Assembly: GCA_039545335.1 (NCBI GenBank)
Contig: BCIN01000001.1
Span: 2,793,136-2,857,135 of the forward strand
Source of the DNA: Kondoa subrosea
Lineage: Eukaryota
DNA: 64,000 nucleotides
Direction: 5' to 3'
Part shown: piece by piece, positions 63,612-64,000 of the stretch
Position numbering within the stretch: position 1 is the stretch's first letter
How the letters are laid out: every line of letters starts with the position of its first letter
The notes under the pieces: generated by a model
Told to the model about the DNA's origin: nothing
What the model saw: only the letters and a program-made list of their open reading frames with translations
Databases searched by the model: none
Made by a program: the position numbers and the translations under genes

Positions 63612-64000
63612 TCACTTCTCTTGTGATCGCATCAAAGCTCTTGCTCGTTGTCCTTCCATTCGAGCTTCTTTCTCTCTCCGACTCATATCTTCTTCCGCTT
63701 CAATCAACCTTCTCTCCATTCCTTGCACCAATAGACTAACGCTTTGCAGATGGGCTATCAATCTTGCATTATCCGCTTGTGTTGACTGTACCGAAGGAGG
63801 CGACATAGTCTGTTCTATCGATGGAGTAGCTAAGGGAGATGTTGAAGTAGTCGCGTTGAAAGGATTTCGCTGAGTTGAATTTGACCGAATGACAGGCGAG
63901 GCAGATAAAGTTCGGGAAGATGTGGAAGAAGGGGAATCGAAAACTGTTTCTTGCCATTTCTCGCCGTATAGCTTTTGTAAATGAGCTTGCATAACTCGTT
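63612..64000 (-). CDS. 3' end of a hypothetical protein with a C-terminal coiled coil (truncated by window edge)
   Basis: Open frame from the window edge; ends LQSVSLLVQGMERRLIEAEEDMSRREKEARMEG...QEK*. Confidence 0.55.
   Translation of the reverse strand, partial: RVMQAHLQKLYGEKWQETVFDSPSSTSSRTLSASPVIRSNSTQRNPFNATTSTSPLATPSIEQTMSPPSVQSTQADNARLIAHLQSVSLLVQGMERRLIEAEEDMSRREKEARMEGQRARALMRSQEK

Noticed and set aside
227..63957. Numerous 60-200 aa antisense or alternate-frame ORFs (e.g. 2651-3253, 18594-19040, 27187-27513, 48830-49255)
   Set aside because: They overlap well-supported genes, often start at TTG/GTG and lack motifs. They are shadow ORFs.
1..64000. CRISPR arrays, rRNA/snRNA genes, transposons, telomeric repeats, secondary-metabolite cluster
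   Set aside because: No regularly spaced repeats, rRNA/snRNA signatures, transposase or RT motifs, or PKS/NRPS/terpene synthase motifs were seen. The DNA is eukaryotic and genic.

Overview
Gene-dense, intron-rich fungal genomic DNA. Introns are mostly about 45-65 nt with GT/GC-AG ends, and there are several micro-exons. Gene content and style suggest a basidiomycete yeast, probably Pucciniomycotina (inference). About 33 spliced protein-coding genes can be reconstructed by eye, so the ORF track is mostly exon fragments and shadow ORFs. Recognisable housekeeping genes are UGP1, a WDR48/UAF1-like WD40 protein, the complex I 9.5-kDa subunit, NOG2, proteasome beta7, a cyclophilin-RRM protein, an ARMC8/Vid28-like protein, tandem IDH2+IDH1, an Axl2-like protein, an aquaporin and a Kch-family K+ transporter. 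Between them lie secreted or surface genes and uncharacterised genes. The most notable are: a secreted LPMO-like protein that keeps His1 but appears to have Arg at the second His-brace position; a BTB/POZ protein ending in about 10 hexapeptide beta-solenoid-like repeats; a tandem pair of small Cys-containing secreted paralogs; a multi-zinc-knuckle protein; convergent genes with overlapping stop codons; and a start codon split by an intron. No rRNA, tRNA, transposon or CRISPR array is supported. All exon boundaries are manual inferences without RNA evidence.
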